A stretch of 64,000 nt of DNA. Origin: an uncultured Thermoanaerobaculia bacterium. Lineage in GTDB: Bacteria; Acidobacteriota; Thermoanaerobaculia; Multivoradales; JAGPDF01. How positions within the stretch are numbered: the stretch's first letter is position 1; each line of letters opens with the position of its first letter. Below the pieces are notes generated by a model. That model was given only the letters and a program-made list of their open reading frames with translations, was not told the DNA's origin and did no database searches. The stretch lies in assembly GCA_964476605.1 (NCBI GenBank), contig CAYZBH010000006.1, positions 5,476 to 69,475 of the forward strand. The letters are read 5' to 3'. A program made the position numbers and the translations under genes. Positions 25,126 through 34,273 of this stretch are shown here, piece by piece.

Positions 25126-26958
25126 ATGGGCACCAGTTCCAGCAGCACCGTCAGCACGCTGTGCGAGGGGTTCGATCGCGACCAGACGCGCCTGCTCGAC
25201 ATCCTCCTCGCCGTCCAGAAGCTCGAAGGGCGCATCGACGACGCGGCGATCGACCTGGTCGCCGCCGAGCTCTCCCTGCCGCGAGTCGACGTCGCGGGCG
25301 TGGTCTCCTTCTACTCGTTCCTCTCCGCGGAGCGGAAGGGCCGGGTGGTCATCCGGCTCTGCGACGACGTCCCAGACTGGATGGCGGGCGCCGAGCGCGT
25401 CGCCGAGTCGCTCCGCGAGGAGCTCGGCATCGACTTCGGCGAGACGACCCCCGACGGGGAGTTCACGCTCGAGACCACCGCCTGCATCGGCATGTCCGAT
25501 CAGGCTCCGGCGGCGCTCTTCAACGACATCGTGGTCCCCAACCTGGGCCCCTGGACGGCGCGGCGCATCGTGCGCGAGATCCGCGAGCGTCCCCCCTCGG
25601 TGGCGCTCCGCAAGGTGGTCCTGCGGGAGTACGGAGACGGCGAGAATGCCCACGACCTGGTGCGTGCCGCGGTCAAGAACAACCTCCGGCGGCCGGGCGA
25701 GGTGATCTTCGCCCGCATGGAACCGGGCGCGGCGCTGCGCCGGGCGATCGCCATGAGCCCCGCCGAGGTGATCCGCGAGATCAAGATCGCGCGCCTCCGG
25801 GGGCGCGGCGGCGCCGGCTTCCCCACCGGCATGAAGTGGGAGTACACGCGCGCCGCGGGGGGCGGCGATCGCACCCTGATCTGCAACGCCGACGAAGGGG
25901 AGCCGGGGACCTTCAAGGACCGGGTGATCCTCACCGAGCGCCCCGACTTGCTCTTCGAGGGCATGACGGTCGGCGGCTACGCGATCGGCGCCCGGCGCGG
26001 CATCCTCTACCTGCGCGGCGAGTACGCCTATCTCCTGCGCTACCTCGAGCACGTCCTCGAGACGCGGCGCGCGCAGGGACTGCTCGGCCGCTCGGTCTCG
26101 GGCAGGAACGGTTTCGACTTCGACATCCGGATCCAGCTCGGCGCCGGCGCCTACGTCTGCGGCGAGGAGACGGCGCTCATCTCGTCTTGCGAAGGGTTGC
26201 GCGGCGATCCGAAGAACCGCCCCCCCTTTCCCGCCCAGCGCGGCTACCTCGGCACGCCGACCTCCGTCAACAACGTCGAGACGCTCTGCTGTGCCGCCCG
26301 AATCCTGGAGATGGGTCCGGGGTGGTTCGCCGCCATGGGATCGCGGCAGAGTCCCGGGACCAAGTTGCTCAGCATCTCCGGGGACTGCACCCGCCGCGGC
26401 GTCTACGAGGTCCCCACCGGGACGCGTCTCTCCGACCTCTTCGTGCAGTGCGGCGCCGAGGATCCGGCCGCGGTGCTGGTCGGGGGGCCGAGCGGCCAGA
26501 TCGTCGGTCCGGCCGACTTCGGGCGCACCGTCTGCTTCGACGACCTCTCCACCGGCGGCGCGCTGGTGATCTTCGGGGCCGATCGGGACCTGCTCGAGGT
26601 GGCGTCGCGCTACCTGAGCTTCTTCATTCACGAGAGCTGCGGTTTCTGCACCCCCTGCCGGGTCGGCAACGTCCTCCTGAAGGAGCGCCTCGATCGCCTT
26701 CGCGCGCGCCGTGGCGAGGCCGCCGACCTCGTCTACCTGCAGCAGCTCGGAGAGACGGTCCGCGCCGCGAGCCGCTGCGGCCTCGGGCAGACCTCGCCCA
26801 ACCCGGTGCTCTCCACGCTCAAGAATTTCCGGCCGCTCTACGAAGCCCTCCTCCGCGAGGGCGCGGCCGGCGTGCAACCGGGATTCGATCTGGAGCAGCG
26901 CCTCGCCGAGGCGGCGGCCCTCACCGGCCGCACCGTCGGCGCACCGGCGCACTCCTGA
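25126..26958 (+). CDS. hoxF: NAD(P)H-binding diaphorase subunit HoxF of the bidirectional [NiFe] hydrogenase, with an N-terminal fused NuoE/HoxE-like 2Fe-2S thioredoxin-like domain.
   Basis: GAGG Shine-Dalgarno and ATG at 25126. N-terminal NuoE-like segment (GRVVIRLCDDVPDWMAG...TACIGMSDQAP), then a NuoF core: GRGGAGFPTGMKWE (FMN/NADH), ESCGFCTPCRVG (4Fe-4S). Confidence 0.9.
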   Translation: MGTSSSSTVSTLCEGFDRDQTRLLDILLAVQKLEGRIDDAAIDLVAAELSLPRVDVAGVVSFYSFLSAERKGRVVIRLCDDVPDWMAGAERVAESLREELGIDFGETTPDGEFTLETTACIGMSDQAPAALFNDIVVPNLGPWTARRIVREIRERPPSVALRKVVLREYGDGENAHDLVRAAVKNNLRRPGEVIFARMEPGAALRRAIAMSPAEVIREIKIARLRGRGGAGFPTGMKWEYTRAAGGGDRTLICNADEGEPGTFKDRVILTERPDLLFEGMTVGGYAIGARRGILYLRGEYAYLLRYLEHVLETRRAQGLLGRSVSGRNGFDFDIRIQLGAGAYVCGEETALISSCEGLRGDPKNRPPFPAQRGYLGTPTSVNNVETLCCAARILEMGPGWFAAMGSRQSPGTKLLSISGDCTRRGVYEVPTGTRLSDLFVQCGAEDPAAVLVGGPSGQIVGPADFGRTVCFDDLSTGGALVIFGADRDLLEVASRYLSFFIHESCGFCTPCRVGNVLLKERLDRLRARRGEAADLVYLQQLGETVRAASRCGLGQTSPNPVLSTLKNFRPLYEALLREGAAGVQPGFDLEQRLAEAAALTGRTVGAPAHS

Positions 26959-26966
26959 GGAGCTCC

Positions 26967-27686
26967 ATGGACGACTCCACACCCATCACGCTGACCATCG
27001 ACCGGCAGAAGATCTCCGCCCTCCCCGGGCAGACCATCCTCGAGGCGGCCGAGTCGGCCGGAATCTACGTCCCACGTCTCTGCTTCATGAAGGGTCTCCT
27101 CCCCGCAGGAAGCTGCCGGGTCTGCACGGTGCGCGTCAACGGCCGCCCGCAGGCCGCCTGCACGCAGCCGGTGGCACCCGGCATGGTGGTCGAGAACGAC
27201 ACCGAGGAGCTCCGCGCGATGCGCCGCGATCTCGTCGACATGCTCTTCGTCGAGGGAAACCACTTCTGCATGTTCTGCGAGAAGAGCGGCGGCTGCGAGC
27301 TCCAGGCGCTCGCCTACCGCTTCGGCATCGCCGCGCCCAAGTACCCGTTCCTCTTCCCGGTGCGCGAGCTCGACGCGACGCATCCCGACCTCTTCCTCGA
27401 CCGCAATCGTTGCGTGGTCTGTGGACGGTGTGTTCGCGCCTCGCGAGAGCTCGACGGCAAGGCGGTGGTCGGCTTCGCGGGACGCGGACCGGCGAAGCAC
27501 ATCGCGGCGAACGCCGTCTCGGGTCTCGGCGGCACCGACGCCACCGCCTCGGACCGCGCCGCCACCGCCTGTCCGACCGGGGCGCTGCTGGTCAAGCGCG
27601 TCGGCTATCAGGTGCCGGTGGGCCACCGCCGCTACGACGCGGCACCGATCGGCTCGGACGTCGAGAGCCCACGACCGGAGCGTTGA
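26967..27686 (+). CDS. hoxU: HoxU diaphorase iron-sulfur subunit (NuoG N-terminal-like).
   Basis: MDDSTPITLTIDRQKISALPGQTILEAA...PRLCFMKGLLPAGSCRVCTV...GNHFCMFCEKSGGCELQ...RNRCVVCGRCVRASRE: a 2Fe-2S site plus 4Fe-4S motifs. Confidence 0.9.
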   Translation: MDDSTPITLTIDRQKISALPGQTILEAAESAGIYVPRLCFMKGLLPAGSCRVCTVRVNGRPQAACTQPVAPGMVVENDTEELRAMRRDLVDMLFVEGNHFCMFCEKSGGCELQALAYRFGIAAPKYPFLFPVRELDATHPDLFLDRNRCVVCGRCVRASRELDGKAVVGFAGRGPAKHIAANAVSGLGGTDATASDRAATACPTGALLVKRVGYQVPVGHRRYDAAPIGSDVESPRPER

Positions 27687-27696
27687 GGAGATCGCC

Positions 27697-28242
27697 ATGG
27701 TCAAGCCCAAGGTCGCCACCACCTCGCTCTGCGGCTGCTTCGGCTGCCACATGTCGCTGCTCGACATCGACGAGCGCATCCTGAAACTGGTCGAGCTCGT
27801 CGAGTTCGACCGTTCACCGATCGACGACATCAAGGAGATCACCGGCCCGGTGGACATCGGGCTCGTCGAAGGGGGCTGCTGCAACGCCGAGAACGTCGAG
27901 GTGCTGCGCAAGTTCCGGGCGCATTGCAAGACGCTGGTCTCGGTCGGCGACTGCGCGATCAACGGCGGGATCCCGGCGCTCCGCAACGGCATCCCGCTCG
28001 CCGAGTGCTATCGGGAGGCGTTCCTCGACGGCCCCACCGTGGTGAATCCCTCTGCGAGGATTCCCGACGATCCGGAGATCCCGCTTCTCCTCGACCGGGT
28101 CGTTCCCTGCCACGAGGCGGTCAAGATCGATCACCACCTGCCGGGCTGCCCACCCTCCGCGGACGCGATCTGGGCCGCGCTCGTGGCGCTGCTCGAAGGA
28201 CGCGCGCCCGAACTGCCCTACGCGCTCGTCAAGTACGACTGA
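27697..28242 (+). CDS. hoxY: [NiFe] hydrogenase small subunit HoxY (group 3d).
   Basis: MVKPKVATTSLCGCFGCHMSLLDIDE...VEGGCCNAENV...SVGDCAINGGIPAL. Proximal-cluster Cys ligands are present. GAGGAG Shine-Dalgarno upstream. Confidence 0.9.
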   Translation: MVKPKVATTSLCGCFGCHMSLLDIDERILKLVELVEFDRSPIDDIKEITGPVDIGLVEGGCCNAENVEVLRKFRAHCKTLVSVGDCAINGGIPALRNGIPLAECYREAFLDGPTVVNPSARIPDDPEIPLLLDRVVPCHEAVKIDHHLPGCPPSADAIWAALVALLEGRAPELPYALVKYD

Positions 28243-28259
28243 AGCGGGGAGAGACGAGC

Positions 28260-29705
28260 ATGGTCGACATCGGAAGCAAGCGCATCGTCATCGAGCCGGT
28301 CACTCGCGTGGAGGGGCACGGCAAGGTCACCATCCTGCTCGACGCGGACCGGAGGGTGCGCGAGGCGCGCCTTCACGTCGTCGAGTTCCGCGGCTTCGAG
28401 CGCTTCGTCCAGGGGCGCCCCTTCTGGGAGATGCCCGTCCTCGTGCAGCGCCTCTGCGGTATCTGTCCGGTGAGCCACCACCTCTGCGCCGCCAAGGCGG
28501 TCGACGGCATCGTCGGCGTGGACCGGCTGACCCCCACCGGCGAGAAGATGCGCCGACTCATGCACTACGGGCAGATGTTCCAGTCGCACGCTCTCCACTT
28601 CTTTCACCTCGCCTCTCCCGACCTGCTCTTCGGCTTCGACGCGCCGGTCGCCGAACGCAACGTGGTGGGCGTGATCTCGCGCCATCCAGACCTCGCGGTC
28701 CAGGGCGTCATGATGCGGAAGTTCGGACAGGAGATCGTCCGGGCGACGGCGGGCAAGAAGGTCCACGGCACGGGTGCCATCCCCGGCGGCATCAACAAGA
28801 GCCTCTCGATCGCCGAGCGCGACGCTTTGCTCGCCGAGATCGACCAGATGCTCGAGTGGAGCGCCAAGGCGGTGGCACTCGCCAGGGGCTACACGCTCGA
28901 GAACCTCGCGACCGTTCGCGAGTTCGGCTCCTTCTCCTCGAATCACCTCTCCATCGTGCGCGCCGACGGCGCCATGGATCTCTACGACGGGAAGCTCCGC
29001 GCGATCGATCCCGCGGGCGCGACGATCGTCGATCAGGTGTCCCCGCTCGACTACCTCGAGATCCTCGCGGAAGAGGTCAAGCCCTGGAGCTACATGAAGT
29101 TCCCGTTCCTCAAACGGCTCGGCAGCGCGACCGGTTGGTACCGCGTGGGGCCGCTCGCGCGTCTGAACACCTGCGACTTCATCGACACGCCCGCCGCCGA
29201 AGCGGCCCGGGTCGACTTCTTCTCGCATCTGGGACGTCCCTGTCACGACACGATGGCCTACCACTGGGCGCGCATGGTCGAGCTTCTCCATTCCGCGGAG
29301 GTGATCGCCCGGCTGCTGCGCGACCCCGACCTCCAGTCCGACGACCGGCTGGTGCCTCACGGGGAGCGACGGGAGGAGTTCGTCGCGATGCTCGAAGCGC
29401 CGCGCGGTACCCTCACCCACCACTACCGCGTCGACGCGCAGGACCAGGTGAGGATGGCGAATCTGATCGTCTCCACCACGTGCAACAACGAGGCGATGAA
29501 CCGGGCCGTGCGGAAGATCGCCGACGATCACCTCTCCGGAGTCCCCGAGATCACGCAGGGCCTGCTCAACCGGGTCGAGGTGGGGATCCGCGCCTACGAC
29601 CCCTGCCTCTCCTGCGCGACGCACGCGCTCGGTCAGATGCCGCTCGAGGTCACGCTGCTGGACGCGGAAGGCCGCGAGCTCGGCCGTCTCGCGAGGCCGT
29701 CGTGA
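28260..29705 (+). CDS. hoxH: [NiFe] hydrogenase large subunit HoxH (group 3d).
   Basis: N-terminal L1 motif RLCGICPVSHH and C-terminal L2 motif DPCLSCATHALG, which are the Ni-Fe ligands. 481 aa. Confidence 0.9.
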   Translation: MVDIGSKRIVIEPVTRVEGHGKVTILLDADRRVREARLHVVEFRGFERFVQGRPFWEMPVLVQRLCGICPVSHHLCAAKAVDGIVGVDRLTPTGEKMRRLMHYGQMFQSHALHFFHLASPDLLFGFDAPVAERNVVGVISRHPDLAVQGVMMRKFGQEIVRATAGKKVHGTGAIPGGINKSLSIAERDALLAEIDQMLEWSAKAVALARGYTLENLATVREFGSFSSNHLSIVRADGAMDLYDGKLRAIDPAGATIVDQVSPLDYLEILAEEVKPWSYMKFPFLKRLGSATGWYRVGPLARLNTCDFIDTPAAEAARVDFFSHLGRPCHDTMAYHWARMVELLHSAEVIARLLRDPDLQSDDRLVPHGERREEFVAMLEAPRGTLTHHYRVDAQDQVRMANLIVSTTCNNEAMNRAVRKIADDHLSGVPEITQGLLNRVEVGIRAYDPCLSCATHALGQMPLEVTLLDAEGRELGRLARPS

Positions 29706-30214
29706 GCGCCGAGCGCACGCTCGTCCTCGCCTGGGGCAACCCCGGACGGCGCGACGACGGCCTCGGCCCCGCGCTGGTCGCGGCGCTCGCCGAAGGCGTG
29801 CCGGCCGAAGTCACGCTCGCTACCGGCTACCAGCTGCAGGTCGAGGACGCCGCCGACGTCGCCGCGCACGGTCGCGTCTTCTTCGTCGACGCCGACCGCA
29901 GGCCGGGTGAGGAGCCCTTCCGGTTCGAACGCCTCCGGCCCGCCGCGGCGCCGCCGGCCTTCACCTCGCACAGCTTGGCTCCGGCCGAGCTCCTCGCCTG
30001 GAGTCACGACCTCTTCGGCCACGCGCCGGAGGCCTGGCTGCTGGGCATCCGCGGCGCCGAGTTCGACGCGTTCGGCGAGGGGCTCTCCGAGACCGCCACC
30101 GAGAATCTCGCTTGCGCGGTCGATTTCGTCCGCTCCATCTTCGAATCCGATGCCGCCGCGCGCGATAGCGCCGGCGAATTCACAGCAACGCTCTCCCCGC
30201 CCACGCGAGGATGA
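29702..30214 (+). CDS. hoxW: Hydrogenase maturation endopeptidase (HoxW/HycI family).
   Basis: GTG overlaps the hoxH stop (GTGA). N-terminus VSAERTLVLAWGNPGRRDDGLGPALV matches the LVLGxGNxxxxDDGxG signature of hydrogenase C-terminal processing proteases. Confidence 0.8.
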   Translation: MSAERTLVLAWGNPGRRDDGLGPALVAALAEGVPAEVTLATGYQLQVEDAADVAAHGRVFFVDADRRPGEEPFRFERLRPAAAPPAFTSHSLAPAELLAWSHDLFGHAPEAWLLGIRGAEFDAFGEGLSETATENLACAVDFVRSIFESDAAARDSAGEFTATLSPPTRG

Positions 30215-30606
30215 CCATGTCCGACAAGAAAGCACGCATTCTCTGCATCGACGACGACCCGGACGTGCTCGAGTTCCTGAAAATCGTCCTCGAAGGCGCG
30301 GGTTACGAGTTCGTGGGCGCCGCCGGCGCCGAAGAAGGGCTCGAGGCCTACCGGGCGCGACGCCCGGATCTCGTGATCGTCGACCTCATGATGGAGGAGG
30401 TCGACTCCGGCGCCGGTTTCGCGAAGGAGCTCCGGCTGCTCGGCAACCGCGCGCCGGTCTTCATGCTGAGCTCGGTCGGAGACAACCTCAATCTCGCGAC
30501 CGACACCGTGCCGCTCGGACTCACGGGCGTCTTCCAGAAGCCGCTCTCCGCGGACCACCTGCTCACCGTGCTCGAAGCGACTCTCGCCGAGGCGCCGCCG
30601 GCCTGA
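30211..30606 (+). CDS. Single-domain response regulator (CheY-like receiver) at the 3' end of the hox operon.
   Basis: ARILCIDDDPDVLEFL...LVIVDLMMEE...VFQKPLSADHLL. ATG overlaps the hoxW stop (ATGA). Confidence 0.8.
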   Translation: MTMSDKKARILCIDDDPDVLEFLKIVLEGAGYEFVGAAGAEEGLEAYRARRPDLVIVDLMMEEVDSGAGFAKELRLLGNRAPVFMLSSVGDNLNLATDTVPLGLTGVFQKPLSADHLLTVLEATLAEAPPA

Positions 30607-30612
30607 AGACGG

Positions 30613-32535
30613 TCACGCCACGCTGTCGTCGAGCGCGGCCTCGTCCGCGGGCTTGCCGACGCGGTGAATCGGGATCTCGATCGTCCACCGCGTGCCACGC
30701 CCCTCCGCGCTCTCGAGCTCGATCGAGCCATGGTGACGCTCGACCGTCTGCTTCACCAGCGTGAGCCCGAGGCCGGTCCCCGCCGCCGTGTGCTTCTTGG
30801 CGTTCGAGGCGCGGAAGAACTCGGAGAAGAGCTTCCCTTGCTCCTTCTCCGGGATACCGATCCCGGTGTCGCGGACCACGATGCGCACGCGCTCCGGTCC
30901 GCTCCGCTCGAACCGCACCTCGATCTCCCCACCTTCCGGGGTGTACTTGATGGCATTCGAGACCAGGTTCTCCATCAGCTCCTTGAGCAGGTCGACGCCG
31001 CTCTCCACCGCCGGCAGGCCCGGCTCGGCCGAGACCGCGAAGCGGAGCCGTTTCGCTTCCGCCTCCTCGCGAAACGTCCGCTGGGTCGTCCGCGCCAGCT
31101 CCTCCATGTCGACCACCACGTCGGGGATCTCGCGCGAGAAGTCGCGTGCCTTGGCGATCGTGAGGAGCTGCCCGATCGCGCGATCGAGCGCGCGCAGCCG
31201 CTGGTCCAGCCGCAGCAGCAGCGAGGATTGCTCAGCGGTCACCTGGCCGAGGCGCCCCAGGCGCATCAGCTCGAGCATCCCGAGCCCAGCCGCGAGGGGC
31301 GCCCGCAGGTTGTGGGCGACCTTGAGCATGAACTGCGTCCGGTCCCGCATCAGGGTCTCGATCGCCTCGTTGGCGCGCGCGTTCTCGATCGCGAGCGCCA
31401 CCAGCCGGGCCGCGAGTTTCAGGAACTCCGAATCCCTCTCCCCGAACCGCCCCGCCGACGGGGAGTAGGCGCCGAGGGTGCCGATCACGCGGTCTTCGAC
31501 CGCCAGCGGCGCGAACACGGCCGAGCGCAGACCGAGCGCCGCGAGCTCGTCGCCGAGCTGCAGCGCGTCGTCCCCGATCCTCCCCTGAACCAGAGTCTCG
31601 CCGTCGATGACCCGCCGGTTGAGGACGCTCCTCCCGAGGTCGATCACCGTCGTCTCCACGAGCTCGCGGGGCAATCCGTGCGCCGCCACGTAGCGGAGCG
31701 TCTCGCCGTCCTCCGAGAGGAGCTTGACCGCCACCGCCGGCACTTCGATGACGCCGGCGAGCTCGCGGGTCACGGTCTCGAGGATCGGGTCGAGGTGGCG
31801 CTCGCCGCCGATCGCGACCACCATCGCATAGAGGCCGCCCAGCTCGCGGTTGAGCTCCGAGAGCCGCTCCGTCGCGGCCGCGACCTCGTCGACGCCCCGC
31901 CGCAGTTGCCGCATGATGCGCGAGACCAGCATCGCGACCAGGAAGTAGGTGGCGGTGAGAGCGAGCAGCACGAAGGCCGAATGCGCCGGTCGGTCCGCGA
32001 GATGGATGGGCGCGCCGTGGAAGGTGACCGGATGCACCGCCAGGCGACCGGCACGTTCGTCGAGCAGCAGCCCCCAGAGACCGGTGCTGGCGAGCCCGGC
32101 CACGAGGTAGGCGGTCCTGGGGCTGAACTGGATCGCGCCGATGATGACGTGAAAGAGCAGGAAGAGCGCGAGCGGGCTCGCCGCCCCGCCGGTGAAGTGG
32201 ATGAGGAGAAGCATGGCCGTGTAGTCGGCCAGGATCTCCACGATGACCACCCCCCGCTCGAGATTCCGACCGCGCGCCAGACGCTCGGACCAGCGCGCGT
32301 AAACCCAGGCGAAGACCGCGTTGTAGACGAGGCTCGCGAGCGCGACGGCGAGGATCGGCTCGGCGTCGAACTCGAACCCGAGGGCGCGCGACACCGCGAC
32401 GAGCGCGAGCATGACCGGCGCCACTGCCCAGCGCAGCTTGATCTGCCAGAAACCGCTCTCTCCCCAGAGCTGCGGGAGACCCGGCGGAAGGTGGAGAGCG
32501 GCCCCGACGGACGGCTTGGGATGCGTCTCGGGCAT
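30613..32535 (-). CDS. Multi-TM GAF-domain sensor histidine kinase, convergent with the hox operon.
   Basis: Internal ATG at ~32535 (MPETHPKPSV...). The upstream 88 codons of track ORF 30613..32799 are Arg-rich. ~6-7 TM helices, a GAF region, HisKA (KVAHNLRAPLAAGLGMLELM) and HATPase_c (ENLVSNAIKYTPEGGEI...DTGIGIPEKEQGKLFSEF...GTGLGLTLV). Confidence 0.85.
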   Translation of the reverse strand: MPETHPKPSVGAALHLPPGLPQLWGESGFWQIKLRWAVAPVMLALVAVSRALGFEFDAEPILAVALASLVYNAVFAWVYARWSERLARGRNLERGVVIVEILADYTAMLLLIHFTGGAASPLALFLLFHVIIGAIQFSPRTAYLVAGLASTGLWGLLLDERAGRLAVHPVTFHGAPIHLADRPAHSAFVLLALTATYFLVAMLVSRIMRQLRRGVDEVAAATERLSELNRELGGLYAMVVAIGGERHLDPILETVTRELAGVIEVPAVAVKLLSEDGETLRYVAAHGLPRELVETTVIDLGRSVLNRRVIDGETLVQGRIGDDALQLGDELAALGLRSAVFAPLAVEDRVIGTLGAYSPSAGRFGERDSEFLKLAARLVALAIENARANEAIETLMRDRTQFMLKVAHNLRAPLAAGLGMLELMRLGRLGQVTAEQSSLLLRLDQRLRALDRAIGQLLTIAKARDFSREIPDVVVDMEELARTTQRTFREEAEAKRLRFAVSAEPGLPAVESGVDLLKELMENLVSNAIKYTPEGGEIEVRFERSGPERVRIVVRDTGIGIPEKEQGKLFSEFFRASNAKKHTAAGTGLGLTLVKQTVERHHGSIELESAEGRGTRWTIEIPIHRVGKPADEAALDDSVA

Positions 32536-32861
32536 GGCAGCCGGGCCCTCTCTCCACGAAATGCTAGCACGCGATCCGCGGCGGCTCACGGCCACGCGTC
32601 GGCCCACGATCCGGGTGATTCGCGCCGGCCGCGCCGTCGCCGCCTCGTTACTTGCCGCATTGCGGCCTCGCTTGCCGCAGCGCGGCGAAAAGTCGTAGAC
32701 TCGTCTCGACACCGCGGCCGGTGTCGTCGCCGCAGGGGTGCCCCTCTCCCCCCCGAGACACCCCGGTGCGAAGCGGCGACGGCGCCGGCCGCGCCTCATC
32801 CGGTCGCGCCGAATCGCTAGGATGGAGCCGGCCGATCCCTTCGACCGACTGGAGACCGCTG

Positions 32862-33221
32862 ATGGCGACCGCGCTCGATACCGTCCTCTTCATCTGCGAC
32901 CAGGCAGGCCTCGGCGCCCGCCTCACCTACCGCAAGATGTTCGGCGAGTACGCGCTCTTCCTCGACGGGACGGTGGTCGCTCTCGTCTGCGACGATCAGC
33001 TCTTCGTCAAGCCGACCGGGGCGGTGCGGGAGTTTCTCGGCGCGCCCGAGCTCGCTCCGCCCTATCCGGGAGCCAAGAACTACATCCTGATCCAGGACGA
33101 GCTCGAGGACCGGCCGCGCCTCCGCGAAGTACTCCTCCGCACCGCAGGGGCCCTGCCGAGACGGCCTCCCAAGCGGTCACCGCCGAGCAAGGCACCGAAG
33201 CGGAGAGCGCCGAAGCGCTAG
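32862..33221 (+). CDS. TfoX/Sxy N-terminal-domain protein (119 aa, lacks the TfoX C-terminal domain).
   Basis: Internal ATG at 32862 with a GGAG Shine-Dalgarno. MATALDTVLFICDQAGLGARLTYRKMFGEYALFLDGTVVALVCDDQLFVKPT resembles the TfoX_N fold signature (RKMFGxYxLY.dG..fa.i.dd.LylK). Lys/Arg-rich C-terminal tail. Confidence 0.6.
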   Translation: MATALDTVLFICDQAGLGARLTYRKMFGEYALFLDGTVVALVCDDQLFVKPTGAVREFLGAPELAPPYPGAKNYILIQDELEDRPRLREVLLRTAGALPRRPPKRSPPSKAPKRRAPKR

Positions 33222-34273
33222 AACTGGACCGGCGCCGGAAGCAGCAACAGCGCCGAGAGCGCGCCAACCAGGATCAGGTACTCGGCGAGGGCGCGCCGGT
33301 CGCTCGCCGGGGGTCGGTCACCGAAGAGCCGCGCCGCGGCCACGATCACGAGAATCAAGAGAAGCCCGTCCCGCGTCCACAGGTAGGCGCCGGCGAGAGC
33401 GAGCGTCACCAGGAAGCGTCCGCCACGGCCGAGCGCTCGAAACCCCCGACCCCCGTCGAGGGGACCGAGCGGTAGCAGGTTGAAGAGATTGATCCAGGCG
33501 CCGAGCCGACAGACGGCGAGCGCCAAGCCGGATCCCGAGAAGCCCCAGAGCGCCGCCGCCGCGAGCGCCGCGCCGAGGCCCCAGAGCGGACCCGCGAGCC
33601 CGATGCGGGCATCCTCGACGCCGTCGACCGGCCGCTGCCGCAGCCGCACGAAGGCGCCCACTCCCGGTACGAACATCGGTGCGTTCACCTTGAATCCGAG
33701 ACGCGCCAGCGCCGCGACATGCCCCATCTCGTGGAGGTAGATCGAGAGCAGGAGCCCCGCCGCGAGCGGCCAGCCCCAAGCGGCCCAGTAGACGCCGAAG
33801 GAGGCGAGCATCGAGGTCAGCGTGCCGAGCTTCGTGAGACCGAGCAGGACCAGCTTCGCCTTGCCGAGAACGAGAAAGAGGAGTGCCTTCCCCTTCCAGA
33901 GGAGCGCTCCGAAGACCCCCATCGACGCCAGCGCCTTCGGGATCTTCCCTCTCGCCGGCGCTTCGCCTACAAACGGTTCCGGATCGCCCCCTTCGCGCAC
34001 CGGCACTTGATCGCGCAAGGTCGCGACGCGCTCCGCGATCGCCCGGGCCTGAGACGCGTCGGCGGGCAGCAGCTCCAGCGCCTCGCGCCAAGCCGTCAAC
34101 GCGCTGACGGGATCCCCCTTCGCCTCCGCCTCGCGAGCCCGCGCGGCGAGGGCTTCGAGCCGTTCGCGGTGCACGAGACGATCGCAGGTCGGGCAAACGA
34201 GCAGGGACTCGGAGAGCTCGGTGCCGCACGCGCAGCGTTTCGGCGGCTCGATCGAGGAGATCTCGAGGCTCAC
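33218..34273 (-). CDS. Site-2 protease family (M50) intramembrane zinc metalloprotease with an N-terminal cytoplasmic zinc ribbon.
   Basis: GTG at ~34273 overlaps the stop of the upstream gene (GTGA). Zinc ribbon CACGTELSESLLVCPTCDRLV, HExxH (IYLHEMGHVAALA) and the second S2P motif NLLPLGPLDGGRG (LDG). About 6 TM. Confidence 0.8.
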   Translation of the reverse strand: MSLEISSIEPPKRCACGTELSESLLVCPTCDRLVHRERLEALAARAREAEAKGDPVSALTAWREALELLPADASQARAIAERVATLRDQVPVREGGDPEPFVGEAPARGKIPKALASMGVFGALLWKGKALLFLVLGKAKLVLLGLTKLGTLTSMLASFGVYWAAWGWPLAAGLLLSIYLHEMGHVAALARLGFKVNAPMFVPGVGAFVRLRQRPVDGVEDARIGLAGPLWGLGAALAAAALWGFSGSGLALAVCRLGAWINLFNLLPLGPLDGGRGFRALGRGGRFLVTLALAGAYLWTRDGLLLILVIVAAARLFGDRPPASDRRALAEYLILVGALSALLLLPAPVQF

